From NCBI GenBank assembly GCA_963762015.1, contig CAVXJL010000018.1, positions 14,996-78,995 of the forward strand: a stretch of DNA of 64,000 bases, written 5' to 3'. The notes beneath the pieces were generated by a model that was not told where the DNA came from, did not search any database, and saw nothing but the letters and a program-made list of their open reading frames with translations. The translations under genes were made by a program, and so were the position numbers. Positions 35,041 through 47,788 of this stretch are shown one piece after another; positions within the stretch are counted from its first letter, which is position 1, and the number at the start of each line of letters is the position of its first letter. This stretch comes from an uncultured Actinomycetota bacterium (GTDB taxonomy: Bacteria; Actinomycetota; UBA4738; HRBIN12).

Positions 35041-35067
35041 CTAGCACTCAGGGGGGGCGAGTGCTAA
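35041..35067 (+). promoter_or_regulatory. CIRCE operator (HrcA binding site)
   Basis: CTAGCACTC-AGGGGGGGC-GAGTGCTAA matches the consensus TTAGCACTC-N9-GAGTGCTAA at 17 of 18 arm positions. It lies about 100 nt upstream of groES. Confidence 0.85.
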
Positions 35068-35169
35068 CCGCACTGCCGCTCCCAAGGAGAGGCCGAAGGA
35101 ACCGGCCAAGAACCGGCCCAAGAACCGGGCGGGAGATGGCCAAGAAAGAACCAGGGAGGAGATCCAGGG

Positions 35170-35478
35170 ATGGCGAAGGACTTCAAGCTCAAGCCGCTCG
35201 AGGACCGCATCATCGTGCAGCCGGCCGAGGCCGAGGAGACGACGGCCTCCGGGCTCGTGATCCCCGACACGGCGAAGGAGAAGCCCGTCATGGGCACCGT
35301 CGTCGCGGTGGGACCCGGGAAGTTCAACGAGGGCGGGGACGCACGCGTCCCGGTCGATGTATCCGTCGGCGACACCGTCATCTATTCGAAGTACGGCGGC
35401 ACGGAGTGGAAGGGCAACGACGGGATCGAGTATCAGATCCTCTCGGCTCGCGACGTCCTCGCCGTCGTCGGGAAGTAG
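35170..35478 (+). CDS. groES: co-chaperonin GroES
   Basis: 102 aa. [52 protein letters not shown] upstream. Confidence 0.95.
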   Translation: MAKDFKLKPLEDRIIVQPAEAEETTASGLVIPDTAKEKPVMGTVVAVGPGKFNEGGDARVPVDVSVGDTVIYSKYGGTEWKGNDGIEYQILSARDVLAVVGK

Positions 35479-35492
35479 CACTCACCTTGTAG

Positions 35493-37166
<1,674 letters not shown>

Positions 37167-37191
37167 CCGTCATCCGAAAGCGGAACCATCC

Positions 37192-37219
37192 GAGAGGCGG
37201 GCCGTGCGGCCCGCCTCTC
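37192..37219 (+). terminator. GC-rich hairpin after groEL
   Basis: GAGAGGCGGGCC-GTGC-GGCCCGCCTCTC, a perfect 12-bp stem, 26 nt after the groEL stop. No clear U-tract (common in high-GC genomes). Confidence 0.6.
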
Positions 37220-37303
37220 CGCTTGCGCGGCCGGTTGCGCGATGGCAGGATGCCCCCTCAGGGACCCGTGAGGTCCGAAGGATGGGTCTGGGGGAGGAAC
37301 CGG

Positions 37304-37882
37304 ATGAAGAAGAAGCTGTTGCTCGTGCTCGGGGTAGGAGCGCTCGCGATCACCATGAGCTCCTGCTGGGTCCTGCAGGGCTTCACGGTCCTCGACTACA
37401 CCCTCAACATCGGCCAGGGCACTAAGGCGCAGTTCACCCTTCGGCCGATGGCGGACCTGAACGACCGGCAGTTCGTGTTCGTGATCGTCGGCGTCAGCAA
37501 CACCAGCGCGATCGGTGTCGGAGCCGGTACCTGGGGCACGAACGGTCAGTTCAACGGGCCGTTGCCCATGGTCGTGAGCGCCCCGCTTCCCGCCGCGATG
37601 GGCAGCCAGTGCGAGTCGAACGGATTGAACTTCAACACGGTCACCGGGGTCACCTGGAAGGCGTACCTCACGCCGCAGAAGATCCGGGACTTCGCGCGGG
37701 TCGAGAAGAGGGCCATCGTTCAGGTCAACATCAGGGCCAAGGCTGGCGCGACCACGAACGTGAATTATCAGCTCGTCGGTGTCTCTGGGATCTGGGTCGA
37801 CGATGGTGACACGACCGTTGACTCCGATGACACGTTCGTCTGTAACGGGATCGCCACCTCGAGCGTAGCGGTCAACCCCTGA
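37304..37882 (+). CDS. putative lipoprotein (hypothetical)
   Basis: Track ORF 36998..37882 trimmed to ATG 37304. MKKKLLLVLGVGALAITMSSC has a signal peptide with a lipobox-like Cys. No recognisable domain. Confidence 0.6.
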   Translation: MKKKLLLVLGVGALAITMSSCWVLQGFTVLDYTLNIGQGTKAQFTLRPMADLNDRQFVFVIVGVSNTSAIGVGAGTWGTNGQFNGPLPMVVSAPLPAAMGSQCESNGLNFNTVTGVTWKAYLTPQKIRDFARVEKRAIVQVNIRAKAGATTNVNYQLVGVSGIWVDDGDTTVDSDDTFVCNGIATSSVAVNP

Positions 37883-37896
37883 GTGAACGGGTCGAC

Positions 37897-37927
37897 GGTG
37901 GCGGGCGCGCGGAGCGCGCCCGCCACC
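37897..37927 (+). terminator. GC-rich hairpin after lipoprotein gene
   Basis: GGTGGCGGGCGCGC-GGA-GCGCGCCCGCCACC, a near-perfect inverted repeat, 15 nt after the stop. Confidence 0.5.
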
Positions 37928-37982
37928 GCTGCACCACAGCCCGTCCGGGGATGACATCTCGGGGGCCGTCTAGACTCCCGTC

Positions 37983-39044
37983 GTGGCGATGGAGGACCTG
38001 GTCCGCGGCTGGGACGGCGAAGAAGTCGTCGTCCACCACGACGATCCGACCTCTTCCTGGATGTTCATCGGCGTGCACAGCACGGTCCTCGGCCCGGCGA
38101 TGGGCGGGACGCGGTTGACGTCGTACGTCACCCCCGGCGACGCCCTCGACGATGTCCTGCGGCTCTCCGGGGCGATGACCCTGAAGCACGCGGCGGCCGG
38201 CACCCCCTTCGGGGGTGGGAAGGCCGTGATCGCGGTCCCCGAGGTCCCGCCGCGCGAGAGCCCTGCGCGTCGCACCCTCCTCCTGCGCTACGCGGATCTG
38301 GTGGAGTCGCTCCACGGGACCTACGAGACGGCGGCCGACATGAACACCGGCGAGGCCGACATGGACACGATCGGCGAGCGGACGTCCCACGTCCTCGGTC
38401 GCTCCAAGGCCAACGGAGGGTCCGGCGACCCCGGTGCGGCGACCGCGCTCGGCGTCTTCCACGGGATCCGGGCGAGCGTGCGGCAGGCGTTCAGGACCGA
38501 CGACCTCGAAGGACGGTCCGTGCTCATCCAGGGGATGGGTTCGGTGGGGAGCCGGCTCGCCGAGCACCTCCACGAGGCGGGGGCCGTGCTCCTGCTCGCC
38601 GACCTCGACGCCGCGCGGGCATCCACCCTCGCGGACGAGCTCGGCGCCAAGGTGGTCGCCGCCGACGACGTGGTCGGGACGGAATGCGACGTGTTCTCGC
38701 CGTGCGCGTCCGGCAAGGTGCTCACGGAGGCGACGATCCGTCACCTACGGTGCCGGATCGTCGCCGGTGCCGCCAACAACCAGCTCGGCGTCGCGGAAGA
38801 CGGCGAGCGTCTCCGCGACGCCGGCATCCTGTTCGCGCCCGACTTCGTGATCAACGGGGGAGGGGTGATCCATCTCGCAGGTTCCGAGAGGCTCGGGTGG
38901 GACGACGCCACGACGGCCAAGCGTCTCGAGGCGATCGGTGACACGTTGCTCGAGATCTTCCGGACGGCCGAGCGGGACGGCTTCTCGACCGCCGCCGCCG
39001 CCGACCGCCTCGCCCGGTCGCGTCTCGCCGCCGCCAGGGCATGA
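37983..39044 (+). CDS. Glu/Leu/Phe/Val dehydrogenase family protein (leucine/valine dehydrogenase-like)
   Basis: 353 aa. GPAMGGTRL...AGTPFGGGKAVI (catalytic Lys region) and Rossmann motif IQGMGSVGSRLAEHL. Confidence 0.8.
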   Translation: MAMEDLVRGWDGEEVVVHHDDPTSSWMFIGVHSTVLGPAMGGTRLTSYVTPGDALDDVLRLSGAMTLKHAAAGTPFGGGKAVIAVPEVPPRESPARRTLLLRYADLVESLHGTYETAADMNTGEADMDTIGERTSHVLGRSKANGGSGDPGAATALGVFHGIRASVRQAFRTDDLEGRSVLIQGMGSVGSRLAEHLHEAGAVLLLADLDAARASTLADELGAKVVAADDVVGTECDVFSPCASGKVLTEATIRHLRCRIVAGAANNQLGVAEDGERLRDAGILFAPDFVINGGGVIHLAGSERLGWDDATTAKRLEAIGDTLLEIFRTAERDGFSTAAAADRLARSRLAAARA

Positions 39045-39520
39045 CCGAGGTCCGTATCGATGCCCTCCGCCCGGAGCACGCGACCGCGTGCGACCTGATC
39101 GTCCTCGGTCTCCCGTATCACTTCGCGATCGAGGAGGGTAGGCGCGACTGCGCGGCGGCGGTGCGCCGCGACGATGGCCTCGTGGCCGTGGAGGACGGCG
39201 AGGTGGTGGGTTTCCTCACCTACGTCCCGCGATTCGATGAGGCGGCGGAGATCACGTGGATGGCGGTTCGCGCTGACCGGCGGCGTTGTGGGATCGGCCA
39301 CGCGATGATCGACCATCTCGTCGAGCAGTTGATCGCCGATGGCCGGCGCATCCTGCTGGTCCTCACGGTCTCACCGAGTGACCCGGGCCCCGAACCCGAC
39401 GACGGCTACGGATCGACCCGAGCGTTCTACCGATCGGTGGGCTTCGTTCTGGGCCGCGATCTACGCGGCGAGTGGGACGCGGACACGGCTGTCGTGATGG
39501 TGCGAACGCTCGCGACGTAG
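39041..39520 (+). CDS. GNAT family N-acetyltransferase
   Basis: 159 aa. WMAVRADRRRCGIGHAMIDHL is the acetyl-CoA binding motif (R/Q-x-x-G-x-G/A). ATGA overlap with the upstream gene. Confidence 0.75.
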   Translation: MTEVRIDALRPEHATACDLIVLGLPYHFAIEEGRRDCAAAVRRDDGLVAVEDGEVVGFLTYVPRFDEAAEITWMAVRADRRRCGIGHAMIDHLVEQLIADGRRILLVLTVSPSDPGPEPDDGYGSTRAFYRSVGFVLGRDLRGEWDADTAVVMVRTLAT

Positions 39521-39533
39521 CGACCGGGACGGG

Positions 39534-39932
39534 TCACGCGAGCGGCTTCTCCTGTCCGGCCTTCGCCAGACCGACGACGTACAGCGCCGTGGAGACGGCG
39601 GTGCTCGCTCCGAAGGTCCACCATGGCCACGCCGCGGATCCCTCGGGCAAACCCGTGGAGACGTGCAGGATCACGATCAGGGACGTCAGGCCGTCGAAGA
39701 TGACGAAGGCCCAACACCACCACCACAGATCCTCGAGCTTCCTGAGGATCAGCACGTGGAACAGGGCGAGCGCCACCCCTCCCGCGCCGCAGAGCCTGAC
39801 CCAGACGACGTCGGGCATCTGCCCCTGGCCCATGATCGTCTCGACAACCGTTCGGGGGAGCACGGCGAGCGGCACGGACAGTGCGAGCAACAAGACGGCG
39901 CCCACACCGAGCGCACGGCGCAGCAGGCTCAT
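39534..39932 (-). CDS. small integral membrane protein (hypothetical)
   Basis: Only the 3' 399 nt of track ORF 39534..41333 is kept (ATG 39932, MSLLRRALGVGAVLLLALSV...). Four hydrophobic segments. The rest of that ORF is antisense to the 40074..41480 gene. Confidence 0.5.
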   Translation of the reverse strand: MSLLRRALGVGAVLLLALSVPLAVLPRTVVETIMGQGQMPDVVWVRLCGAGGVALALFHVLILRKLEDLWWWCWAFVIFDGLTSLIVILHVSTGLPEGSAAWPWWTFGASTAVSTALYVVGLAKAGQEKPLA

Positions 39933-40073
39933 CGAAGCGGCATCTCCGGAGGGTCTTGGTCGGCGTTCCGAGCGGGTTGGTAGCATACGAGAACCGTTGA
40001 GCCGCCTCGCCTTCGGCGCGCCCGGCACCGGCTCGACTTCGATCTCCGGCGAAGCAAGGCCAAGCAAGGAAAG

Positions 40074-42109
<2,036 letters not shown>

Positions 42110-42133
42110 GCCCGGGCGGTAGAGTGCCTGCCC

Positions 42134-42673
42134 GTGGACGCGCCGACCTCGCCGGATCCGGTCTCCGAGCCGAAGGCCTACCAGGATCACATCCTCTCCT
42201 TCCTGGGCGACGATGACCCGGCGGAGGCACAGTCCGGCAGCATCGAGGCGTGGCGCGCGATCGTGGCCGAGGCGGGCGATCTCGCTGCGGTCCGCCCGGT
42301 GTCCGAGGAATGGTCGGTCGTCGAATGTCTCGCACATGCGCTCGACGCCGAGATCGTTGCGACGGCGCGCTACCGCTGGATCCTCGCGCATGACGAGCCG
42401 GAGCTGATGGGCTACGACCAGGATCTGTGGGTCGATGCGCTGCACGCCGGACGGAACGAGGACCCGGAGGTCCTGTCCGGACTCTACGAAGCGCTGCGGA
42501 GGGCGAACCTGGCGCTGTGGGCGCGCTCCTCGGAAGAGGATCGCGCCCGTGTCGGCATCCACGCCGAGCGTGGCCGCGAGAGCTACGACCTCCTCTTCCG
42601 GATCATCGCCGGGCACGACCGTTTCCATCTGGCACAGGCCCGCCGGGCACTCGAGGCGGTTCCCGGAGGCTGA
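42134..42673 (+). CDS. DinB-family (DinB_2) metal-dependent protein
   Basis: 179 aa. WSVVECLAHALDAEIV...GHDRFHLAQ shows the His triad spacing typical of the DinB/YfiT-like fold. Confidence 0.65.
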   Translation: MDAPTSPDPVSEPKAYQDHILSFLGDDDPAEAQSGSIEAWRAIVAEAGDLAAVRPVSEEWSVVECLAHALDAEIVATARYRWILAHDEPELMGYDQDLWVDALHAGRNEDPEVLSGLYEALRRANLALWARSSEEDRARVGIHAERGRESYDLLFRIIAGHDRFHLAQARRALEAVPGG

Positions 42674-42772
42674 GCGGGCGCGTCGGAGTCGGCTGGTACG
42701 CTGAGCCTATGCATCGGTCAGACGCCCGTCCGGGGTTCCGGATGGGCGTCTCGCGCGTCGGGGGGTAACTCG

Positions 42773-43933
42773 GTGGAGTTCGAGATCGGCATCGGCAAAT
42801 CTGCCCGTCGGGCATATGGCTTCGACGAGGTCGCGATCGTGCCCTCGCGGAGGACGCGCGATCCCGACGACGTCGACATCAGCTGGGAGGTCGATGCCTA
42901 CCGCTTCAAGCTCCCGATGATGGCGTCGGCGATGGACGCGAGCGTCTCGCCCCAGACCGCCGTGCTTATCGGACAGCTGGGGGGACTCGCCTGTCTCAAT
43001 CTCGAGGGTCTGTGGACCCGGTACGAGGATCCCGAGGGTATCTACGAAGAGATCGCCGACCTCTCCGATGACAAGGCGACCCGCCGGATGCAGGAGCTCT
43101 ACAAGGAGCGGGTGAAGCCGGAGCTGCTCGGGACCCGCATCGAGGAGATCAAGGCTGAGGGCGTCATCTCGTGCGCATCGCTCACCCCTCAGCGAGTCGA
43201 ACAGTTCGCGCCGATCGTCCTTGAGGCGGGGCTCGACGTCCTGGTGATCCAGGGAACCGTGGTCTCGGCCGAGCACGTCTCCACGCATACGGAGCCCCTC
43301 AACCTGAAGGAGTTCATCGCCGGGTTCGACCTGCCGGTGATCGTCGGAGGGTGTGCCTCCTACTCGACGGCACTGCATCTCATGCGGACCGGCGCCGTCG
43401 GCGTGTTGGTCGGCGTTGGTCCCGGGAACGCCTGCACCACAAGGGGTGTGTTGGGTGTCGGCGTACCGCAGGCGACCGCGATCGCGGATGCGGCCGCCGC
43501 GCGACGCGAGCACCTCCACGAGACCGGCCGCTATTGCCATGTGATCGCCGATGGGGGGATGCGTACCGGAGGCGACATCGCCAAGGCGATCGCCTGCGGG
43601 GCGGACGCCGTCATGATCGGATCGCCGCTCACCCGCGCCTACGAGGCGCCCGGCCGCGGCTACCACTGGGGGATGGCGACGTTCCACCCCACGCTCCCGC
43701 GCGGAGCCCGGGTGAAGACGCAGCAGGTGGCGTCCATGGAGGAGATCCTGGTGGGGCCCGCGCACGAGAACGACGGCACCTTCAACCTCTTCGGAGCGTT
43801 GGCGACCTCGATGGCCACCACGGGCTACGCGACGATCAAGGAGTTCCAGAAGGCCGAGCTGGTGATCGCCCCTTCGATCAAGACCGAGGGGAAGACCTAC
43901 CAGGCAGCGCAGCGGGTGGGGATGGGCCACTAG
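42773..43933 (+). CDS. guaB3: GuaB3-family IMP dehydrogenase-related protein
   Basis: 386 aa. [21 protein letters not shown]...MMASAMD...[11 protein letters not shown]...[23 protein letters not shown] barrel without CBS domains. Confidence 0.85.
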   Translation: MEFEIGIGKSARRAYGFDEVAIVPSRRTRDPDDVDISWEVDAYRFKLPMMASAMDASVSPQTAVLIGQLGGLACLNLEGLWTRYEDPEGIYEEIADLSDDKATRRMQELYKERVKPELLGTRIEEIKAEGVISCASLTPQRVEQFAPIVLEAGLDVLVIQGTVVSAEHVSTHTEPLNLKEFIAGFDLPVIVGGCASYSTALHLMRTGAVGVLVGVGPGNACTTRGVLGVGVPQATAIADAAAARREHLHETGRYCHVIADGGMRTGGDIAKAIACGADAVMIGSPLTRAYEAPGRGYHWGMATFHPTLPRGARVKTQQVASMEEILVGPAHENDGTFNLFGALATSMATTGYATIKEFQKAELVIAPSIKTEGKTYQAAQRVGMGH

Positions 43934-43934
43934 G

Positions 43935-45509
43935 GTGCCCCCGTCCGGGACGCCTCGCACACGCGAAGAGGATCCCTCCCGGCCGGTCCTGGTCGTCGAC
44001 CTCGGTGCGCAATACGCGCAGCTCATCGCACGACGCGTCCGAGAGGCGCATGTGTACTCGGAGATCGTGCCCCACGACACCAGTGCCGTGGATCTGGCGA
44101 AACGGCGCCCCGCCGGCCTGATCCTCTCGGGGGGACCGGCGTCGGTCTACGAGGAAGGAGCGCCCACCCTCGATACCGGTCTGTTCGAGATGGGCGTCCC
44201 GGTTCTGGGCATCTGCTACGGGCACCAGCTCATGGCGCAGGCGCTCGGGGGCGAGGTCGCGGCCACGGGTCAGCGTGAGTACGGCGGGACGACGCTGTCG
44301 GTCGACCAGCCCGGCGGGATGCTGCTCGCCGACTTCGGTCCCGAGGAGCAGGTCTGGATGAGCCACGGCGACGCGGTCACGCGTGCGCCCGAAGGCTTCC
44401 GCGTGACCGCCCGCACCGACCAGATCCCGATCGCCGCGATGGAGGACCCGGAGCGGGCGTTGTTCGCGGTCCAGTTCCACCCCGAGGTCTCGCATACCCC
44501 CCGAGGCCAAGATGTCTTGAAGCGGTTCCTCTACGAGGGCTGCGGACTGCTTCCCGACTGGACCCCGATCAACATCGTCGAGGACGCGGTGGCTCGGATC
44601 CGCGCGCAGGTCGGCGATGCGGAGGTCCTGTGCGCGCTCTCCGGAGGAGTCGATTCCTCGGTGGCCGCGCTCCTCGTGCATCGCGCCGTCGGCGACCAGC
44701 TCACCTGCGTCTTCGTCGACCACGGATTGAACCGGGAGGGGGAACCGCAGCAGGTCGAGGAGACCTTCGGTCGTCACTTCGGCGTGCCGCTCGTGCACGT
44801 CAAGGCCGAGGACCGATTCCTCGCGAAGCTCGCGGGCGTCACCGATCCCGAGCAGAAGCGACGCGCGATCGGGGAGGAGTTCATCCGCGTCTTCGAGGAG
44901 GTCGCGCGTGAGCACCGAGGCGCTCATTTCCTCGTCCAGGGGACCCTCTACCCCGACGTGATCGAGAGCGGCTCTCGCACCGCCGCGAACATCAAGAGCC
45001 ATCACAACGTGGGCGGCCTTCCCGAAGAGATGGAGCTCGAGCTCGTGGAGCCGCTCCGCGATCTGTTCAAGGACGAGGTCCGACAGGTGGGCGCCGAGCT
45101 GGGACTTCCCGAGGAGGTCGTGCAACGCCAGCCGTTCCCGGGTCCCGGCCTCGCCGTCCGGATCGTGGGCGAGGTGACGGCCGAGAACCTCGACAAGGTT
45201 CGCGGAGCCGACGGGGTGGTGCGCGAAGAGATCCGCCGAGCCGGGCTCGAACGGGAGACCTGGCAGGCGTTCTGCGTCCTGCTCGCCGACACGAAGACCG
45301 TCGGCGTCATGGGGGACGGACGGACCTACGAGAGTCCGGTGATCGTCCGCGTCGTGACGTCCGAGGACGCGATGACGGCGGATTGGGCCAGGCTCCCGTA
45401 CGACGTGCTCGACCGGATCGCGGCGCGGATCGTCCGGGAGGTGCCGGGGGTCAACCGGGTCGCCTACGACATCACGTCGAAGCCGCCCGGCACCATCGAG
45501 TGGGAGTGA
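43935..45509 (+). CDS. guaA: GMP synthase (glutamine-hydrolysing)
   Basis: 524 aa. GATase domain (ICYGHQLM, catalytic Cys), PP-loop [13 protein letters not shown]-terminal KPPGTIEWE. Confidence 0.9.
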   Translation: MPPSGTPRTREEDPSRPVLVVDLGAQYAQLIARRVREAHVYSEIVPHDTSAVDLAKRRPAGLILSGGPASVYEEGAPTLDTGLFEMGVPVLGICYGHQLMAQALGGEVAATGQREYGGTTLSVDQPGGMLLADFGPEEQVWMSHGDAVTRAPEGFRVTARTDQIPIAAMEDPERALFAVQFHPEVSHTPRGQDVLKRFLYEGCGLLPDWTPINIVEDAVARIRAQVGDAEVLCALSGGVDSSVAALLVHRAVGDQLTCVFVDHGLNREGEPQQVEETFGRHFGVPLVHVKAEDRFLAKLAGVTDPEQKRRAIGEEFIRVFEEVAREHRGAHFLVQGTLYPDVIESGSRTAANIKSHHNVGGLPEEMELELVEPLRDLFKDEVRQVGAELGLPEEVVQRQPFPGPGLAVRIVGEVTAENLDKVRGADGVVREEIRRAGLERETWQAFCVLLADTKTVGVMGDGRTYESPVIVRVVTSEDAMTADWARLPYDVLDRIAARIVREVPGVNRVAYDITSKPPGTIEWE

Positions 45510-45589
45510 GCTCGCGGGGGCTACCAGCGTGCCCCTGAGATCGGCCCTTAGGGCTCTCTTGGGAGTGGCTCCCGTAGCCTGGAGAACCT

Positions 45590-47040
45590 ATGACGATCGA
45601 GGGCAGCGTGTTCGCCGACCGCTACGCGGTCGGCGAACTCCTCGGGCGCGGCGGCATGGCCGAGGTGTATCTGGCGACCGACCGGGTCCTGGACCGGCCG
45701 GTCGCCTTCAAGGTCCTGGGGGGCTGGCTGGCGAACGACGCCACCTTCGTCGAGCGGTTCCGGCGAGAGGCGCTCGCGGCCGCGCGGATCTCCCACCCCA
45801 ACCTGGTGGCCGTCTTCGACGCCGGATCGGAAGGCGATAGGCACTACATCGTGATGGAGTACGTGGCGGGCGAGACGCTCGCCGACGTGCTTCGGACCGA
45901 AGGTCCGGCTCGATCCCGCCCGAGCGACCAGGATCGCCTCCGATCTGGCCGACGCGCTCGGAGTGGCGCACGCCGCTCGCATGGTGCACCGCGACGTCAA
46001 ACCGGCCAACGTGATGTTGACGCCCGAAGGCCGGACCAAGCTGATGGACCTCGGCATCGCTCGCAGCCTGGACGGGGAGAGCATCACGCACGCCTCGTCG
46101 ATCCTCGGGACGGCGGGCTACGTCTCGCCCGAGCAGGCTCGAGGCGATCCGGTCGACCATCGCTCGGACATCTACTCCCTCGGCTGCGTCCTGTACGAGA
46201 TGCTGACCGGCCGACCGCCCTTCGAGGCGGCCGACCCGCTCGCGGTGGCCTACAAGCACGTCCACGAGGCGCCGGCGCTCCCGACTTCCCTGGATCCGTC
46301 GATCCCGCCCGCTCTCGAGGCGGTGACGTTGCGCGCCATGGACGAAGGACCCGGAGGCGAGGTTCCAGAGCGCCGCGGACATGGCCGCGGCCCTCGATGA
46401 CCGGACGGCCCCCGTGGCCCCCGTCGCGGCCACCACGCCTCTTGTCTCCCGTCGGAGCCACCACGCCTCTGCCCGCCGCGCGTCGCGACGGACACCCTCC
46501 CGAGGCGGGCCGGACAGGCCGCCTCGCGGTCGGCGGCTCATGCCGCTCCTGCTCGCGCTCGCCGCGCTGGCGTTGCTGGGCGGCCTGGCGTTCGCCATCT
46601 TCGGTGGCGATCCCCCTCCGGCGGTCGGTGATCCGAGCGGATCGCGGAGCCCGTCGGTCGCCACGCCATCGCCGTCACCATCGCCCTCGCCGTCGCCATC
46701 GCCCTCGCCGTCCCCGAGCCGGCCACGGTGGATCGTCGACTCCGTCGAGGGGGCGATGGCGGCCCTTCAGCCGTGGTCGACGGAGGGAGTGAGCGATGGA
46801 CATCACCTCCGAGAAGGCCGCCGAGAGATCCGCGAGCGGGCGGACGAGGCGTTCGAGAAGTTCCGGACGGCGACACCGAGAAGGCGATCGAGGAGCTCGA
46901 GGACCTCGCGGAGAGGTGGACGAGATGGTGGACGACGACCAGATCGCGAACTCGCAGGAACAGAAGCTGGACAAGGCGATCGAGGATCTCGCCGAGCAGA
47001 TGTTCTTCGCCGCATCCTCCGCGACGGCGACGACGACTGA
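45590..47040 (+). pseudogene. transmembrane Ser/Thr protein kinase, reading frame broken at least twice
   Basis: Frame A (45590 onward): GRGGMAEVYLA...AFKVL...HPNLV. Frame B (from about 45909): LDPARATRIASDLADALGVAHAARMVHRDVKPANVML...DLGIA...GTAGYVSPEQ. Frame C (from about 46351): PEARFQSAADMAAAL, a TM segment, and a (SP)n linker. Frame switches occur near 45905-45908 and 46347-46352. Confidence 0.75.
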
Positions 47041-47044
47041 GTCG

Positions 47045-47685
47045 CTACGCGGCCGCGGGGGCCTCGACGAGCGTGGCCGTCACGATCAGCCGCTCTCGAC
47101 TCGAGTACTTCGGATGGCACGTGGTCAACACGAGGGTCGGCCGGCGGGTCTGTTCCAGCGCCCTGCCCGACCCGGCTTCCGGCAGGATGAAGTTCCGATC
47201 GACCTCGTACGTGTAGGTCCCGTGCTTGGTGATGAGCTCGATCGTGTCGCCGGCGCGGACCTGCTCGAGGTCGAGGAACGGATGCTGGTAGGTCGTCCGG
47301 TGGCCGGCGATCCCGACGCGGCCGGTGCCGTCCCACGGATCGGCCGAGTCCGGATAGTGAGCGGGCCCCTTCTTGAGCGTGTCCGTCCACTCGTACGATC
47401 GATAGTCGGCAACCGGTCCCTCGACGACGATGAAGTCGATCTCGATGGAGGGGATGACCAGCGCGGCGTACGCCTCTCCCGGGAGGTATCGCTCTTGTCC
47501 AGGGTGGTGTCGGGTGCTCGAAGATCGCGCGTGATCTCGGTCCTGAGCTGATCTTGGGCGCGTGCCGTCTCCAGCCCGGTTCCCCACAGGAGCCAGGCGA
47601 CGTATCCGGCGAGACCAGCCGCGGCCATGAGGCAGCCGAAGCCGAAGGCTCGGATCACGGCGCGGACCGGCGATCGTTCCTGCAT
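47045..47685 (-). pseudogene. class E-type sortase, N- and C-terminal parts in different frames
   Basis: N-terminal TM anchor (MQERSPVRAVIRAFGFGCLMAAAGLAGYVAWLLWG) is in the frame of ORF 47125..47721. The catalytic part (IAGHRTTY...LVLTTCHP...RLIVTATLVE) is in the frame of ORF 47045..47713. The switch is near 47480-47500. Confidence 0.7.
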
Positions 47686-47788
47686 GCCGTTCACCGTAAC
47701 CCGGGAACACCACCCCGACATCTACCGAAGGTCCAGGTCAGGGCACTCCTTGGCCGGTGTGGTCGCGGGCCCGCGCTAGCATCGTCAT

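Noticed and set aside
46666-46719. TCGCC(G/C)-type microsatellite-like repeat
   Set aside because: It encodes an in-frame (Ser-Pro)n linker after the kinase TM helix. This is an ordinary low-complexity linker, not a separate element.
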